From assembly GCA_964016885.1 (NCBI GenBank), contig OZ024744.1, positions 35,960,001 to 36,024,000 on the forward strand: 64,000 bases of DNA. Direction: 5' to 3'. A program made the position numbers and the translations under genes. Numbering within the stretch: position 1 is the first letter of the stretch; each line of letters starts with the position of its first letter. The notes under the pieces were generated by a model. The model saw only the letters and a program-made list of their open reading frames with translations, was not told the origin of the DNA and ran no database searches. This DNA comes from Eledone cirrhosa. Taxonomy: Eukaryota. This document shows positions 43,609 to 57,405 of the stretch, piece after piece.

Positions 43609-44272
43609 ACAAATGCTTTTTCCTATATATATATGTATGTATGTACGTATATATATATATATATATATATGTCAGGTCGCACTGGAGTGCTATTGGTAAC
43701 ATGTAACCCAGTCCAACCTGTCTCATGGTCGTTGGCGACTAAACCAGCCACCCCACCAAGCTTGCTTGATGAGGAGGGTAATATTTGGACACCCTGTGGG
43801 ATGAAATACAGGACCTGGCAAAGGGCGGAGGAACTCAGCAGAGTCAACAGTCATCCAAATAGTACTTTTTTTTACCTGGGAGTGAAAGGCCCCCAGTTGC
43901 TGTCACAGCACCTTTCTAAGAGAGGGAAACTCTGAAAAAAACCTGCGGCTTCGGAAGTATCCAATAATGTTGGCCAGTTCTCCTTTTCAGGTAGTGTTTT
44001 CGATGCTCTTGGAGTGGGATTAGTCAAGTGCAAGGCCTTTCCCCACTTAAAAAAACCTTCAAAACACAGGCATTGCTTGTTCAGGATATGTTACAGGTTC
44101 GTGTGGCTGGCCGTAGCCTAAAACTGCACCAAACTCTATAATCTGACAAGCGATTGCAATACTCTTAGCAGAGTTTGCAGCCATCATGTATATATATACG
44201 AGCTGTCCGCCGGCGAAACAATTGTAACACACAATAAATTGAGTTCAGATGCAACACTGATTTTTCGTTTTC

Positions 44273-44389
<117 letters not shown>

Positions 44390-44458
44390 CGTATAAATAT
44401 CTATATATCTATATCTATATACATATCCATCTATATACATATCTATATATCTATATAC

Positions 44459-44514
<56 letters not shown>

Positions 44515-44592
44515 GTGTATGTCTGTATGTTGTAGCTAATATATACGTTAAGGGTGAAAGCAGCGATTGTTTGCTGAAACTTTAATCTGTTA

Positions 44593-44624
<32 letters not shown>

Positions 44625-44669
44625 CTTATATGTGTGTGTGTATATATATATATGTATACACACACACAT

Positions 44670-44815
<146 letters not shown>

Positions 44816-45520
44816 GAGAGAGAGGGAGAGATTTAGAATATTCTTTTAGTGTAGATGCTAATCAGGCTGAAGATTATCCCGATTTCATTGGAATTAAGGG
44901 GCTAAGAGTTCACCGCCATCCTCTTAACAGTTAATCCAGTAGTAACTGGTACACATAACATCAACGCAGGATGATACATTGTAGGTCGCTTTAACCCGTC
45001 TTTCATTAAATCAAAAATATTCTTGCCAATAAACATTAGCCCCTTGTGCGCCATTCATCTGACTGTAGACCAACAAATACCAAGTAAACGGAGCTTTGAC
45101 AAGAACGATGGCAAATGAATCTTCGAGGTAAGCAGTTTCCTCTCGAGCTGTTAGTTCACGCGAGATTCTCTGCTACACATTTTCGTAATAATACCGAACA
45201 ACGTATTGCTGGTCACTCCTTCCTCCAAAAGCCGTACAAAGCGGACATGTGCATCGGGTAGATGGATCGGGTGCAAATCTACACCAGGACTACGCGAGAA
45301 ATACGCAAGAGACTGCACCCAGAGGCATAGAGAGAGAGAGAGTAACTTAGTGGAAAGAGTGTGAATGAACTTTGCATTTATTGTATTCAGCCATGTAGAG
45401 CGAACATTTTATATATATATATATATACCAATAACAATAAATGTGAAGACTAAAATCCAAAGAGGGCTCGATAAGGGTAATATGTACATATCAAATATAT
45501 AAAACCATAGATCAAATATT

Positions 45521-45728
45521 TATTAAAATAACAGATTAAAGTTTAAGCAAGGAATCGTTGCTTTCACTCTTAACGAGATCATAATGGTGAAAGCAGCGAT
45601 TCTTTGCTTAAACTGTAATCTGTTATTTTAATATATATATATATATTTATTAAAATAACAGATTAAAGTTTAAGCAAAGAATCGCTGCGTTCACCCTTAA
45701 TCTGTTATTTTAATCTGTTATTTTAATA
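45521..45728. repeat. Tandem fold-backs of a ~55-bp terminus family (also ~44547-44600, ~47090-47146, ~54020-54073)
   Basis: TATTAAAATAACAGATTAAAGTTTAAGCAAAGAATCGCTGCTTTCACCCTTAACG in both orientations. Confidence 0.8.
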
Positions 45729-45734
45729 TATATA

Positions 45735-47086
<1,352 letters not shown>

Positions 47087-47413
47087 ATTTATTAAAATAA
47101 CAGATTAAAGTTTAGGCAAAGAATCGCTGCTTTCACCCTTAACGGATCTTCTGAAACTAAAAATATCAATCCGTGAACGCAGAATTAAATATTTCAAAGA
47201 AAGTTGCAGCCGAAGGAAAACAGGAAAACGATACTTTGGTTCGTGAAGATGTTCTCTGTCAATGAACGGAAGAAAACGAAGATAATACGTCGTTATTTGG
47301 AACGATGAGAACAATTACACGCAAAGACAAAACCACGTTTATGGTATAAATGGAGTCATTAGACTAATATTCTATTTAGCAAACCGAATGATTTTCGGCT
47401 TCAGAGTTAAGAA

Positions 47414-47503
47414 TAATTGTTTCTACTTTTGGCACAAGACCAGCAATCAACCAGTACATTACTGGTACTTTATTTTATCGACCCCGTAAGAATGAAAGGC
47501 AAA
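47414..47503 (-). mobile_element. SINE family S, truncated
   Basis: 3' motif set present. Confidence 0.75.
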
Positions 47504-47763
47504 GAAGAATAATGTAAATAAATTAGTAGAACGAAAATGACAGAGGTTATTAAAATCGTAAAAGTAATAATAATTGAATATATACATACACACATCTATA
47601 TACGTACATACACGTGCATACTCGCGAACACCCGCCTTGTATGCACGTACACATAAACACGCGCACATGTGCGTAAACCCGCGCGACACATGTACCTGCA
47701 CACATACGAACGTATACACCAAATACACATAAAAATATATGTGGTCTTTACATTTATTATTAT

Positions 47764-47831
<68 letters not shown>

Positions 47832-47882
47832 CAAGAAAAAAGAGTGACATGGTTCGCTATACAATAAGGGCTTTATTCACAT

Positions 47883-47992
47883 TGCTGACAATTGTTTCTT
47901 TGATCTGGTAGGTCTAGAGTTCGCTACCCGCCGGATTTTGCGTCAATCGATCTCCAATACTTTGTTTATAACCAGTCGTTTTCATCAGAGCA
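47883..47992 (-). ncRNA. Hammerhead with ~85-nt stem II region
   Basis: Minus strand: TGCT-CTGATGA-AAACGACTGGT...ACCAGATCAAA-GAAAC-AATT-GTC-AGCA. Confidence 0.6.
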
Positions 47993-48630
47993 CGTGAAGG
48001 TGAAGAAGATACACACGGCATAGCTTTTATATAGGAGTGGTATTAAACCAGAACAATAATATCAATAATAAAATAAAATAACTAGATAGTTAATAGTTAA
48101 AATAATAACATCAATATAAGTAAGAAATAGCGTATAATGATGAATCTAGTATGTTAAACGAACTGATATGATACAGATGTATCAAATTGACATGTGAAAA
48201 CTGCTATAGGGTACATTAGATATAGTGTTAAGGTGGCGAAGAGATAACAGTAACAACTAAAATGTACTTGGGGGTCAGGATTTATGAGTTATCTGCTATG
48301 CTGTAGGTATGCTGGCAATAAACCGGAGATTTACTTATTGTTTGACAGATAAACATTTTCGTTGTATTAATTTAGTGAGAATGATAGTTTTTATGTGGTG
48401 TTAAGTGGAGTTGTAGATTCATTATTTAAGTGGCCTATACTAAAGGTAGGGATTGTTAGTTCGAATCATGGGGGTTTAGTTTTCACAACATCAATAACAA
48501 ATCCTGTATAAATAAGACGATAATAACAACAATAATAGAGACAATAAAGGTAATAAAATAGTAAAATATGCATGGTAGATATAGAGAACATGATGAATAA
48601 TATTAAGGATACATTGAGATGTTCATAATA

Positions 48631-48816
48631 ATAATTGTTTCTACTTTTGGCACAAGGCCATCAATTACCCAGTGCATTACTGGTACTTTATTTTATCGAC
48701 CCCGTAAGGATGAAAGGCAAAGTTAACCTCGGTGGGATTTGAACTCAGACCGCAAAGGGACGTAACTATGCTGGAAAGCATGGCGTCCGACCCTCTACCG
48801 ATACTGCCAAGCCACC
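48631..48816 (-). mobile_element. SINE family S nested in the PLE, with duplicated flank ATGTTCATAATAATAA
   Basis: Full motif set; duplicated flank. Confidence 0.85.
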
Positions 48817-49122
48817 AATGTTCATAATAATAATAAGAGGAAAGTAATATTTCAAGGAGTGTAGAAGTAATAAGATAATGTACTTAAGTTCATCTGTTGA
48901 TGAGTGCTAATGTGAGATATAATTGTTTGGTCCTAAGGAGTGAACAACAGCAAAAATGGGATTGATTTATAGGCTGATAAGATAGTTGTAGACATTACTG
49001 CCCCATCCTAGTGGTATAGGTTTAGGGAGGATAGAAGGTGTTTATAGAAGATTATGGTTCTGTAGTGGGCTGTGTGAGAATGCGGATTTCATATGTTAAA
49101 TGCTAAGTGATGCTGGTTCGAA

Positions 49123-49650
49123 TCACGGTGGTTTAAATCTCGTGAATTGTGTAGCAATCCTATGTCTGCAGAAATTTGACCTTTCTATTTTCCTGTTGAG
49201 TAGCATTTTATCGTTCCTTAAGATATGCAACAATTCAAGGTTGCAGAGTCCGCAATGGGACATACCGCTGCTATAGGCCTTTGCGGCCACCAATTTCGAC
49301 CAGATAATATTGTAATCAAGGTTTTTGTCCTTAAGTTGCCAGATTTTATTGGAGAGGGTTGTAGAATTTACCAGTGCACGGTTCTTCATTGAATGTCTGT
49401 GCACATACCATCTTTTTTTTAAAACACCCGCGGTAGATCCAATGTAGTGACAAGTGGAGTTGTCCGAGTTTACAGTAGACATGTACACTAGGCTCGAATC
49501 AAGGCACCTATTCGCTAATGGGAAATTATCCAGTAGGTGACAATTGCAGTTCGAGGTATTACTCCGTGCAGCTTTCACATTGCGGTTTTGCAAACTCTTA
49601 TATGTGGGTTGTGATTCATGCCTATTGAAGTTTTGCTGTGGTTCGTTCAT
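49123..49650 (-). pseudogene. PLE GIY-YIG endonuclease domain
   Basis: CNC..CL..SLVYMSTV..YIGSTAG..KKRWYVH..TTLS..W..CGLCNLE..LLNRKIE..CRH. Confidence 0.85.
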
Positions 49651-50096
49651 GTGCGTTTGTGGTTGTGATACTGTAATGTGTTTGTGTTTAGTGTTTCGTG
49701 TTATGTTGCGTATAGGTGGGATAGCTTTCCTAGAGGTATTCTTGTGGTTGATCTTGCGTATGTGCGATTCAATGTAGAGTATGAAAGTTTAATAGTTTTT
49801 CTATTGAAGATGTGATGATATCTATGCGATATAGGGAAGTGCTGATATATTAGTTTAAAAAGCGTAGAAGGCAGTCTAGTTCTTATAGAGGAGTTGGAGA
49901 TTGGATTAAACCATAGGTATTTCCTTTCTCTAGTTCTTCTATAGTTTCTAGGGTTTACATTATCCACTACACGGAGTACTCTAACTGGACTACATCTAAG
50001 TGGACTGCCTATAACGATAACCTGTTATCCCGTATATATATATATATAATGAAATAAATATGGTTTTATAAATATAATTTCCATTTATTTAATATC

Positions 50097-50134
<38 letters not shown>

Positions 50135-50361
50135 TTAATTGTACTATTTATGGTTATGAAAATACAAAAACCTTTAGCAGTTATATGTATTTTTTATACA
50201 AACCCTAAATAGTGGTAGGCAGTAATGTATTACTAGCTTATTACCAGTAAGTTAAGTAGCTCAATGTAAGAACATCAGATGATTTACAGAGCAGTTATAT
50301 GAAATATATATATATATAATTATAAGAATCGAAGCAAGATGTGTGGTTACTGTAAACAAAT

Positions 50362-50876
50362 TTTAAGATGGTAATATGGACGAAACAAGAGAAGTAACCC
50401 TTCATCTGCTGTTAACTGCAGATCATAGATGTTTCGAAATCGATCAGCAGCACGCCCAAGGCCTTTTTTCAATCAAAAGGCCCCGAGGGGAAGAAAAGAT
50501 ACCGAAGAGAGAGGGAGAAAGAGAAGAAAAAAAGAAAGAGGAAAAAACGAAGTAAACTAACCCGAATGGAGGGGGGGGGGGCAATGCACAAGTGAGTAAC
50601 CGAGGAGAAAATAGAAAAAGTTACAACGAACCGGTTGGACGAAGCAAGAGAAGAAACGCTTCATCAGCTATTAACTGCAGATCATAGATGTTTCGGCGCT
50701 AAAACAGGACATCGAAATCGATCAGCAGCACGCCCAACGAAGCAGGCTGTAAAAAGCCTTCGGCGCGCTGCTGATCGACTTTGATGTCCTGTTTCAAGCG
50801 CCGAAACATCTATGATCTACATTTAACAGCTGATGAAGGGTTTCTTCTCATGTTTCGTCCATATTATCATCTTAAA
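50362..50876. repeat. Composite direct + inverted repeat (two direct arms at ~50362 and ~50637, one inverted at ~50762-50876)
   Basis: GGACGAAACAAGAGAAG..TTCATCAGC..CAGATCATAGATGTTTCG..ATCGATCAGCAGC and its reverse complement. Confidence 0.8.
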
Positions 50877-50945
50877 CTATATATATATATATATAAATAT
50901 ACAATATATTAACAAATGGAAACTATATTTATAAAACCATATTTA

Positions 50946-51007
50946 TTTTATTACACATATTTCAAGGGCCACCAAGGCAAATTATGGTGCGCTTTCATCA
51001 GATAAAA
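50946..51007 (-). ncRNA. Minimal hammerhead, family F2 (within a fragment at ~50900-51155)
   Basis: Minus strand: TTTTAT-CTGATGA-AAGCGCACCA-loop-TGGTGGCCCTT-GAAAT-ATGT-GTA-ATAAAA. Confidence 0.7.
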
Positions 51008-51154
51008 TACAATACAGATTAGTTTTATAAATAAATATTGACACACCCTGAAAAAAAGAAAACCTTAACGGTTGGAGCTTCCAGGAAGTGCTTTATATCA
51101 GTTATAAAAAAAATGTTTAAGCTTGTTGAATCCCAACAAATTAAATATAACCTC

Positions 51155-51215
<61 letters not shown>

Positions 51216-51220
<5 letters not shown>

Positions 51221-51389
51221 AAATTGAGGTTGGTAATGGCACATGGAATATATAAGAGACAGAATACTTTTTTGTGAAAAAACATATAATTTTATAAGGT
51301 AAGGAAATAATAAAATTATATGTTTTTTCACAAAAAAGTATTCTGTCTCTTATATATTCCATGTGCCATTACCAACCTCAATTTTCTCT
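51216..51389. repeat. Perfect 80-bp inverted repeat with 14-bp spacer
   Basis: Arms at 51216-51295 and 51310-51389. Confidence 0.9.
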
Positions 51390-51442
51390 ATAACCTTCGT
51401 TTTGTGTAGAAAATTACACTTTTCATATATATATATATAAAT

Positions 51443-51493
51443 GGCTTCTACAGGACTAGAACTGTTTCATTCGGGAGAAATCATCAGGAAGCC
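51443..51493 (-). ncRNA. Compact type I hammerhead ribozyme
   Basis: Minus strand: GGCTTC-CTGATGA-TTTC-TCCC-GAAT-GAA-ACAG-TTCTAGTC-CTGT-A-GAAGCC; 6-bp stem I, 4-bp stem III. Confidence 0.8.
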
Positions 51494-51521
51494 GATGTGT
51501 ATATGTGTATGTGAATCTATC

Positions 51522-51644
51522 ATTAGTTACAACAGTGACATATAGAGGTATTTAAGTTTTGTTGGGTCATTCAGTCTGAACGAGTTGGGGTGTATGATTC
51601 AACGAAACTTAAATACCTGTGTATATGTTACTGTTGTAACTAAT
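51522..51644. repeat. Imperfect ~120-bp palindrome
   Basis: ATTAGTTACAACAGTGACATATA..AGGTATTTAAGTTT versus AAACTTAAATACCT..TATATGTTACTGTTGTAACTAAT. Confidence 0.8.
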
Positions 51645-51673
51645 TATACTTAACTCGTCCTATGGACTGAGTG

Positions 51674-51717
51674 TTCTTACCCTTGGATATTTCTACCAAA
51701 CTTATACCACAGTACAT

Positions 51718-51781
<64 letters not shown>

Positions 51782-51874
51782 ATATATATACATATATACA
51801 TATATATATATATGTGTTATATGTGTGTGTGTGTACTGTGGTATAAGTTTGGTAGAAATATCCAAGGGTAAGAA
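51674..51874. repeat. Perfect ~43-bp inverted repeat enclosing a (CA)(TA)(TG) tract
   Basis: TTCTTACCCTTGGATATTTCTACCAAACTTATACCACAGTACA and its exact reverse complement. Confidence 0.9.
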
Positions 51875-52282
51875 ATAGTCGGGCTGGACACCCGATCGCG
51901 CTGTTAACCCACTGGGAGTGACGGACCCCTAGCCTTTGTCAGGGCATTCTTCTAGGAGAAGGCAACTCAGGAAACTTGGATAACTCCGATATGAAACCTG
52001 TGGCTCAGTAGTTACCGATGATGTTGATCTTTCCTTCTTTTCGCGTTATAGCCACTGTCGCTCAGAGAGTGGGATTGGCTCAGTGCACAGTCTTTTCTCA
52101 CTTTAAAAAATATCTCATGCATAGGTATTGCACGATAGAATTAATAAATAATTATTAATAATGGTATATCGTGCAATGGCCATACTCGATAACGAGGGGG
52201 CAGTTATCGTATATGTATATAAATTTGTATATTGTATATACATGTGTGTGTGTGTGTAATAATAAAAAAATGAAACTGGAAA

Positions 52283-52667
52283 TAGAAGAAGAAGAAGAAG
52301 AAGAAGAAGAAGAAGAAGAAGAAGAAGAAGAAGAAGAAGAAGAAGAAGAAGAAGAAGAAGAAGAAGAAGAAGAAGAAGAAGAAGAAGAAGACAGACAGTA
52401 AGAGGGAAACTACGGTATAAAATTGAAATGAAGAAGAAAAAAAGGAAATCCTTTTAAATAAAACAAAATTGAGAAAATAATAAAGAAAAACATAAACAGG
52501 GTAGAAAGGGTGGCAAGTAAGGAAGAAAGTAGGAAGAAATACATCAGAGAAAGAAGAAATATATATAAAACGAAGGAAAAAAATAAGTGATCCACAAAGA
52601 ATGAAAGCAATGAACACCAGAAAGGAATGAACAGAGTAAAAAAGAAGTTATGTCAAGAACGAAAGAT

Positions 52668-52748
<81 letters not shown>

Positions 52749-52815
52749 AGAAACAAAGAAAAAGAAGAGAATGAAAGGAACAAACAAACCATGTATGGAG
52801 AAATAGAAGGAAAAA

Positions 52816-52891
<76 letters not shown>

Positions 52892-53007
52892 AAATGAGAG
52901 AAACAAAGAAAAAGAAGAGAATGAAAGTAACAAAGAAACAAAGTGTAGAGAGAAAGAAAGAAATGAAAGAGAGAGAGAGAAAAAGAGAGAGAGAGAGGGA
53001 GAGAGAG

Positions 53008-53093
<86 letters not shown>

Positions 53094-53435
53094 AAAGCAG
53101 AAGAAGCGGCGAAACGTAGAAAATTAATGAACAGAACAGAATTAAAGAAAAGGAAGAAAAAGAAAAAAAAACAGAAAGAAGGAAAGAGTGTCATTACGTA
53201 AAAAACAGAAAGAAAGAAGGAATGAAATAAATAAAGAAAGAAAGATAGAGAGAAAAATGGGTGAAAGGAAAGAAAGAAAGAAAGAAAGAAAGAGAGAAAG
53301 ATGAAAGAAAGGAAAGAAAGAAAGACAGAAAGATGGAAGAAAGGAAAGAAAGAAAGGAAAGAAAGAGAGAAAGAAAGATGGAAGAAAGGAAAGAAAGAAA
53401 GAAAGAGAGAAAGAAATAAGATGGGGAAATGAAGT
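52283..53435. repeat. Polypurine low-complexity region: (GAA)n, (GA)n, (GAAA)n
   Basis: Direct reading. Confidence 0.9.
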
Positions 53436-54080
53436 ATATAACATGGCTGGCTTCTGTAAAACAAACCAACGGTCTTTGATCACGACAAAGCACAAATTTC
53501 AAAGCAATTATATAAGCTACTTGTTTTTTCTTTCATTGCATACATCTCAAAACATTCTTTTAGTTGACTTTTTTCTTTTAGCCATTTCATTGTTTTCTTT
53601 CCTCTACTCTTTTTTTCTACCAAATATTCCTTCATTGCTTTTTTTTTTATTTTTTTTTTTTAGTTTTTTACATTAATTCTTTCATCCCTCCATCTATCCT
53701 TCCATCCATTCATTACTATGTTCATTCAAACATCCATTCATTTATTGATTCATTCATTCTTTCTTTCATTCATTCATCTATTCAGTAATTATTTACACGC
53801 TTTTTATCCATCTGCCATGAATGCGTGTTGATGTAACATATTTTTTAATCTTATTTATGGTCCACAGAATAGAAATAATATTTGCATCCATCAGTGCAAT
53901 AGCATATGCCACATACATAAACATATACATATACACACATATATGTATATGTATATACATGTATGTGCATATATATATATATATATATATATTTAGTAAT
54001 AATAAGTGTGAAGACAAATCCGTTAAGGGTGAAAAAGCAGCGATTCTTTGCTTAAGCTTTAATCTGTTCTTATAATATAT

Positions 54081-57000
54081 ATCATCATCATCATCATCAT
54101 GGCTTGGCTTCGCGAACGAAGATTAGGAAGGTTATCCACGTCGTCTGCAGGCACGCTCATGACTGACAAGTCTGATGCGGGAAAGGCAGGTCCGTGAGCA
54201 GTGTCCACAGATGAAGGTAACGTCCGGTGTGATGTCAGAGGCGGCTCGGGCCTTCCTTCTGCGTCTCTTGTCTTTTTGCGGGTCTCTTCTGTCTTCCTCA
54301 AACTCGCTGACCGCGTTGAAGATCGTGTGGCGCCAGGCATCACGGTCCGCAGCCAGGTCTGACCAGCATTGGTGGTCAACATGACATGCGGTGAGAGACT
54401 TTTGGGGGCAGTCTTTGTAGCGTTTCTTCGGGGCTCCTCTCTCTCGGTGGCCGGTGGAGAGTTCGCCAAACAGGGCAATCTTAGGAAGGCGATGGTTCTC
54501 CATTCTGGAGACATGCCCTGCCCATTGGAGGTGGTACTTCAGTAGCATGGCTTCAATGCTGGGGATCTCGGCCTGCTCCAGAACCTCAACGTTTGTGACG
54601 AAGTCACTCCAGCGAATGTTGAGGATGGTGCGGAGACATCGCTGGTGGAAGCGCTCGAGGAGACGGATGTGACTGCGGTAGGTGACCCAGGTCTCTGAGT
54701 CGTAGAGGAGAGTGGTGAGAACCACGGCCCTGTAGACGCTGATCTTTGTCTTGTTCTTCAGGTTTTTGTTGTGCCACACACGTTTGTACAATCTACCAAA
54801 GGAGCCATTTGCCTTAGAGAGTCTGTTGTCAATTTCTTTGTCGATCCTTGCATCGGATGAGATGATGCAGCCCAGGTATGTGAACTGCTGTGTTGATTTC
54901 AGTTCGGTATCGCAGATAGTGATGTAGGGTGGGCGGTATTCTTCTTGGGAGGCAGGCTGGTGAAGAACCTCGGTCTTCTTTAGGCTAACCTCCAGGCCAA
55001 AGAGCCGTGAGGCGTCCGCAAAGCAGGAGGTGATGCGCTGCAGAGCTCGCCCTGTGTGGGCGACGAGGGCAGCGTCGTCCGCGAAGAGAAGGTCTCGGAT
55101 CAGCCTCTCCTGGGTCTTGGTATGGGCTTGGAGGCGCCGTAGATTGAAGAGGCTGCCATCCATACGGTACCTGACATACATCCCATCCCCATCATCCAGA
55201 TCCTCAGTTGCATGCTTGAGCATCATGCTGAAGAAGATGCTGAAGAGAGTCGGTGCCAGGACACAACCCTACTTCACGCCGTTGGAGATGGGGAAGGGCT
55301 CCGATAGGTCATCGTTCAGTCTGATCTGGCCGCGCTGGTTCTCGTGCAGCTGGATCACCATCTGTAGAAACTTGGTGGGACAGCCAAGTCGTTCCAGGAT
55401 GAGCCATAGTCCTGTCCTGCTCACTGTGTCAAATGCTTTTGTGAGTCGACAAAAACAGCATAGAGTCCCTTGTTTTGTTCTCGGCACTTCTCCTGGAGTT
55501 GGCGGAGAACAAACACCATGTCTGTCGTGCCTCTGTTGGCTCTGAAGCCACACTGGCTCTCGGGGAGGTTTTCTTCAGTGATGGTTGGTACGAGCCTGTT
55601 GAGCAGGATCCTGGCAAGTACTTTGCCAGCGATGGAGAGTAGGGTGATTCCCCGGTAGTTGGAGCAGTCAGACTTTTCACCCTTGTTCTTGTACAGGGTT
55701 ATGATTTCGGCGTCGCGAAGATCCTGTGGCAGCTTACCCTGCTCCCAACAGCAGACAAAAAAATTGTGTAGCTTATCGTGGAGCGTCGGACCTCCTTTCT
55801 TCCAGATTTCTGGTGCGATGCTATCAACTCCTGCTGCTTTGCGGCTCTTGAGTTGTTCTATGGCTTCAGTCGTCTCTTCGAGGGTAGGCGGTTCGTCTTT
55901 GAGTGGAAGTTGTGGAACGCGATGGATGGCAGCGTCCTGTACGGTGCGGTCAGCACTGAAGAGGCTTTCGAAGTGCTCGGACCAGCGAGCGAGGATGGAG
56001 GTGTTATCGGTGAGGAGGTCCTCTCCATCTGAACTGCGCAGGGGACTCTGGACCTGGTGGGTGGGGGCTATACACTGCTTTCAGAGCCTCATAGAAGTCC
56101 CTATAGTCTCCGAGGTCAGCGCACAGCTGGGCTCTCCACGCCAGCTGGTCCCACCACTCGTTCTGTATATCTCTGAGTTTGCGCTGTAGGGTGCTGCATG
56201 CACGTCGAAAGGTATCTTTCTTTACAGAACAGGCTGGTTGTGCAAGTTGGGCCTGGTGAACTGCCCTCTTCTTTGCTAGTAAGTCCTGGATCTCCTTGTC
56301 ATTTTCATCAAACCCGTCCTTGTTTTTCTTTTTTGTGGTCCCAAGAACTTCCTCAGATGTCTTAAGGATGGCTGATTTCAGGTACTCCCACAAGGTGTCT
56401 GGGTGGGGTCATCAGTGCAAGGGGATTCTTCTAGTTTTTGCTGCAGGTCTGCTTGGAACTTGGCTTTCACTTTCTCCCGGCACAGGCCGACGTTGAGTTT
56501 CTTTACGGGGTTACCTTTCTTCTTGGATTTGGGTTTGAACTGCAGTTTGAGCTTGCAGCGGACGAGGCGATGATCAGTATGGCACTCTGCACTGAGCATC
56601 ACTATCGTGTGTAGAACATCTTTCAGGTCCCGTTGGCGCACAAGCACATAGTCAAGTAGATGCCAATGTTTGGAGCGAGGATGCATCCAAGTTGTTTTCA
56701 GGCGGTCTTTCTGTTGGAAGATTGTGTTGGTAATGGCAAGTTGGTGCTCTGTGCAGAACTCGAACAGGAGGCGCCCGTTGTCGTTACAGCCACCAACGCT
56801 GTGTCTTCCAAGGACTCCTTTCCAGGCTTCAGAGTCCCTAACAACTCTTGCGTTGAAGTCGCCAAGGATCAGGACCTTGTCGTCTGCGCAGATCAGAATA
56901 GAAACTGTCTTTGTCCGCAGGATCTGCCAGTAGCGTTGGAGCATATACACTGAAGAGCGTGAGATTATTTTTGCTCTCCAGTGGTAGGCGCATGGATATG

Positions 57001-57405
57001 ATGCGATCGAGTGGCCCGTGGGTAACGTTTCCAGATTGGAGGCGATGGAATTACTAACCATGAGTCCTACACCCGAAAGGCGTCTTCGAGATGATGGTTT
57101 CCCGGATAAGAAAAGGGTGTAGTCAGCGCCGCGTTCTTTGAGGCTGCCCTCGTCAGCGAAGCGGACCTCGCTGAGTGTTGCTATGTCGATGTTGAAGTTT
57201 TAGCGTTCATCGGGTATGAGAACCGAACGACGTTCCGGGCGGCTGCTGTCAGCCTTGACAAGCATAGTCCGGATATTCCAGCAGTTTGATGTCGGAGTTT
57301 CCATCTCCAGAAGGCGTAATACTACCCGATTGCCTAGGCTGAAGTAGGGGGTTTACTTAGGGGACCCCACCCGGAGCCTTTGACTAAAAGGTCTGTCCAC
57401 AAGGC
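54081..57405 (-). mobile_element. Near full-length RTE/BovB-like LINE (APE-RT-C2H2), several frameshifts, (ATG)n tail
   Basis: ILGDFNARV, TWMHPRSKHWHLLDYVL, AECHTDHRLV (APE); LTKAFDTVSR, LLFADDAAL, FTYLG (RT); CGHCSRTC..SHERAC; tail reads (ATC)n at 54081-54099 on +. Confidence 0.92.
54132..55226 (-). pseudogene. C-terminal RT/thumb/zinc-finger segment of the RTE ORF (364 aa open)
   Basis: FNLRRL, LFADD, YRAVVLTTLLYDSETW, WAGHVSRM..RLPK. Confidence 0.9.

Larger units (their letters stand above)
47828..50031 (-). mobile_element. 5'-truncated Penelope-like element (second family) between (TA)n tracts
   Basis: RKYLWFNP..HHIFNRKTIKLSYS, GIY-YIG ORF, long AT-rich 3' region, terminal hammerhead and AATAAA. 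Confidence 0.85.

Noticed and set aside
44850-45320. Moderately GC-rich stretch with a GAG|GTAAGC donor, considered as a host exon
   Set aside because: No supported reading frame, acceptor or recognisable protein.
50018-50032. GGGATAACAGG (minus strand) resembling the I-SceI site or a conserved LSU rRNA motif
   Set aside because: Only 11 nt match, the other two copies of motif B differ, and there is no further rRNA similarity.
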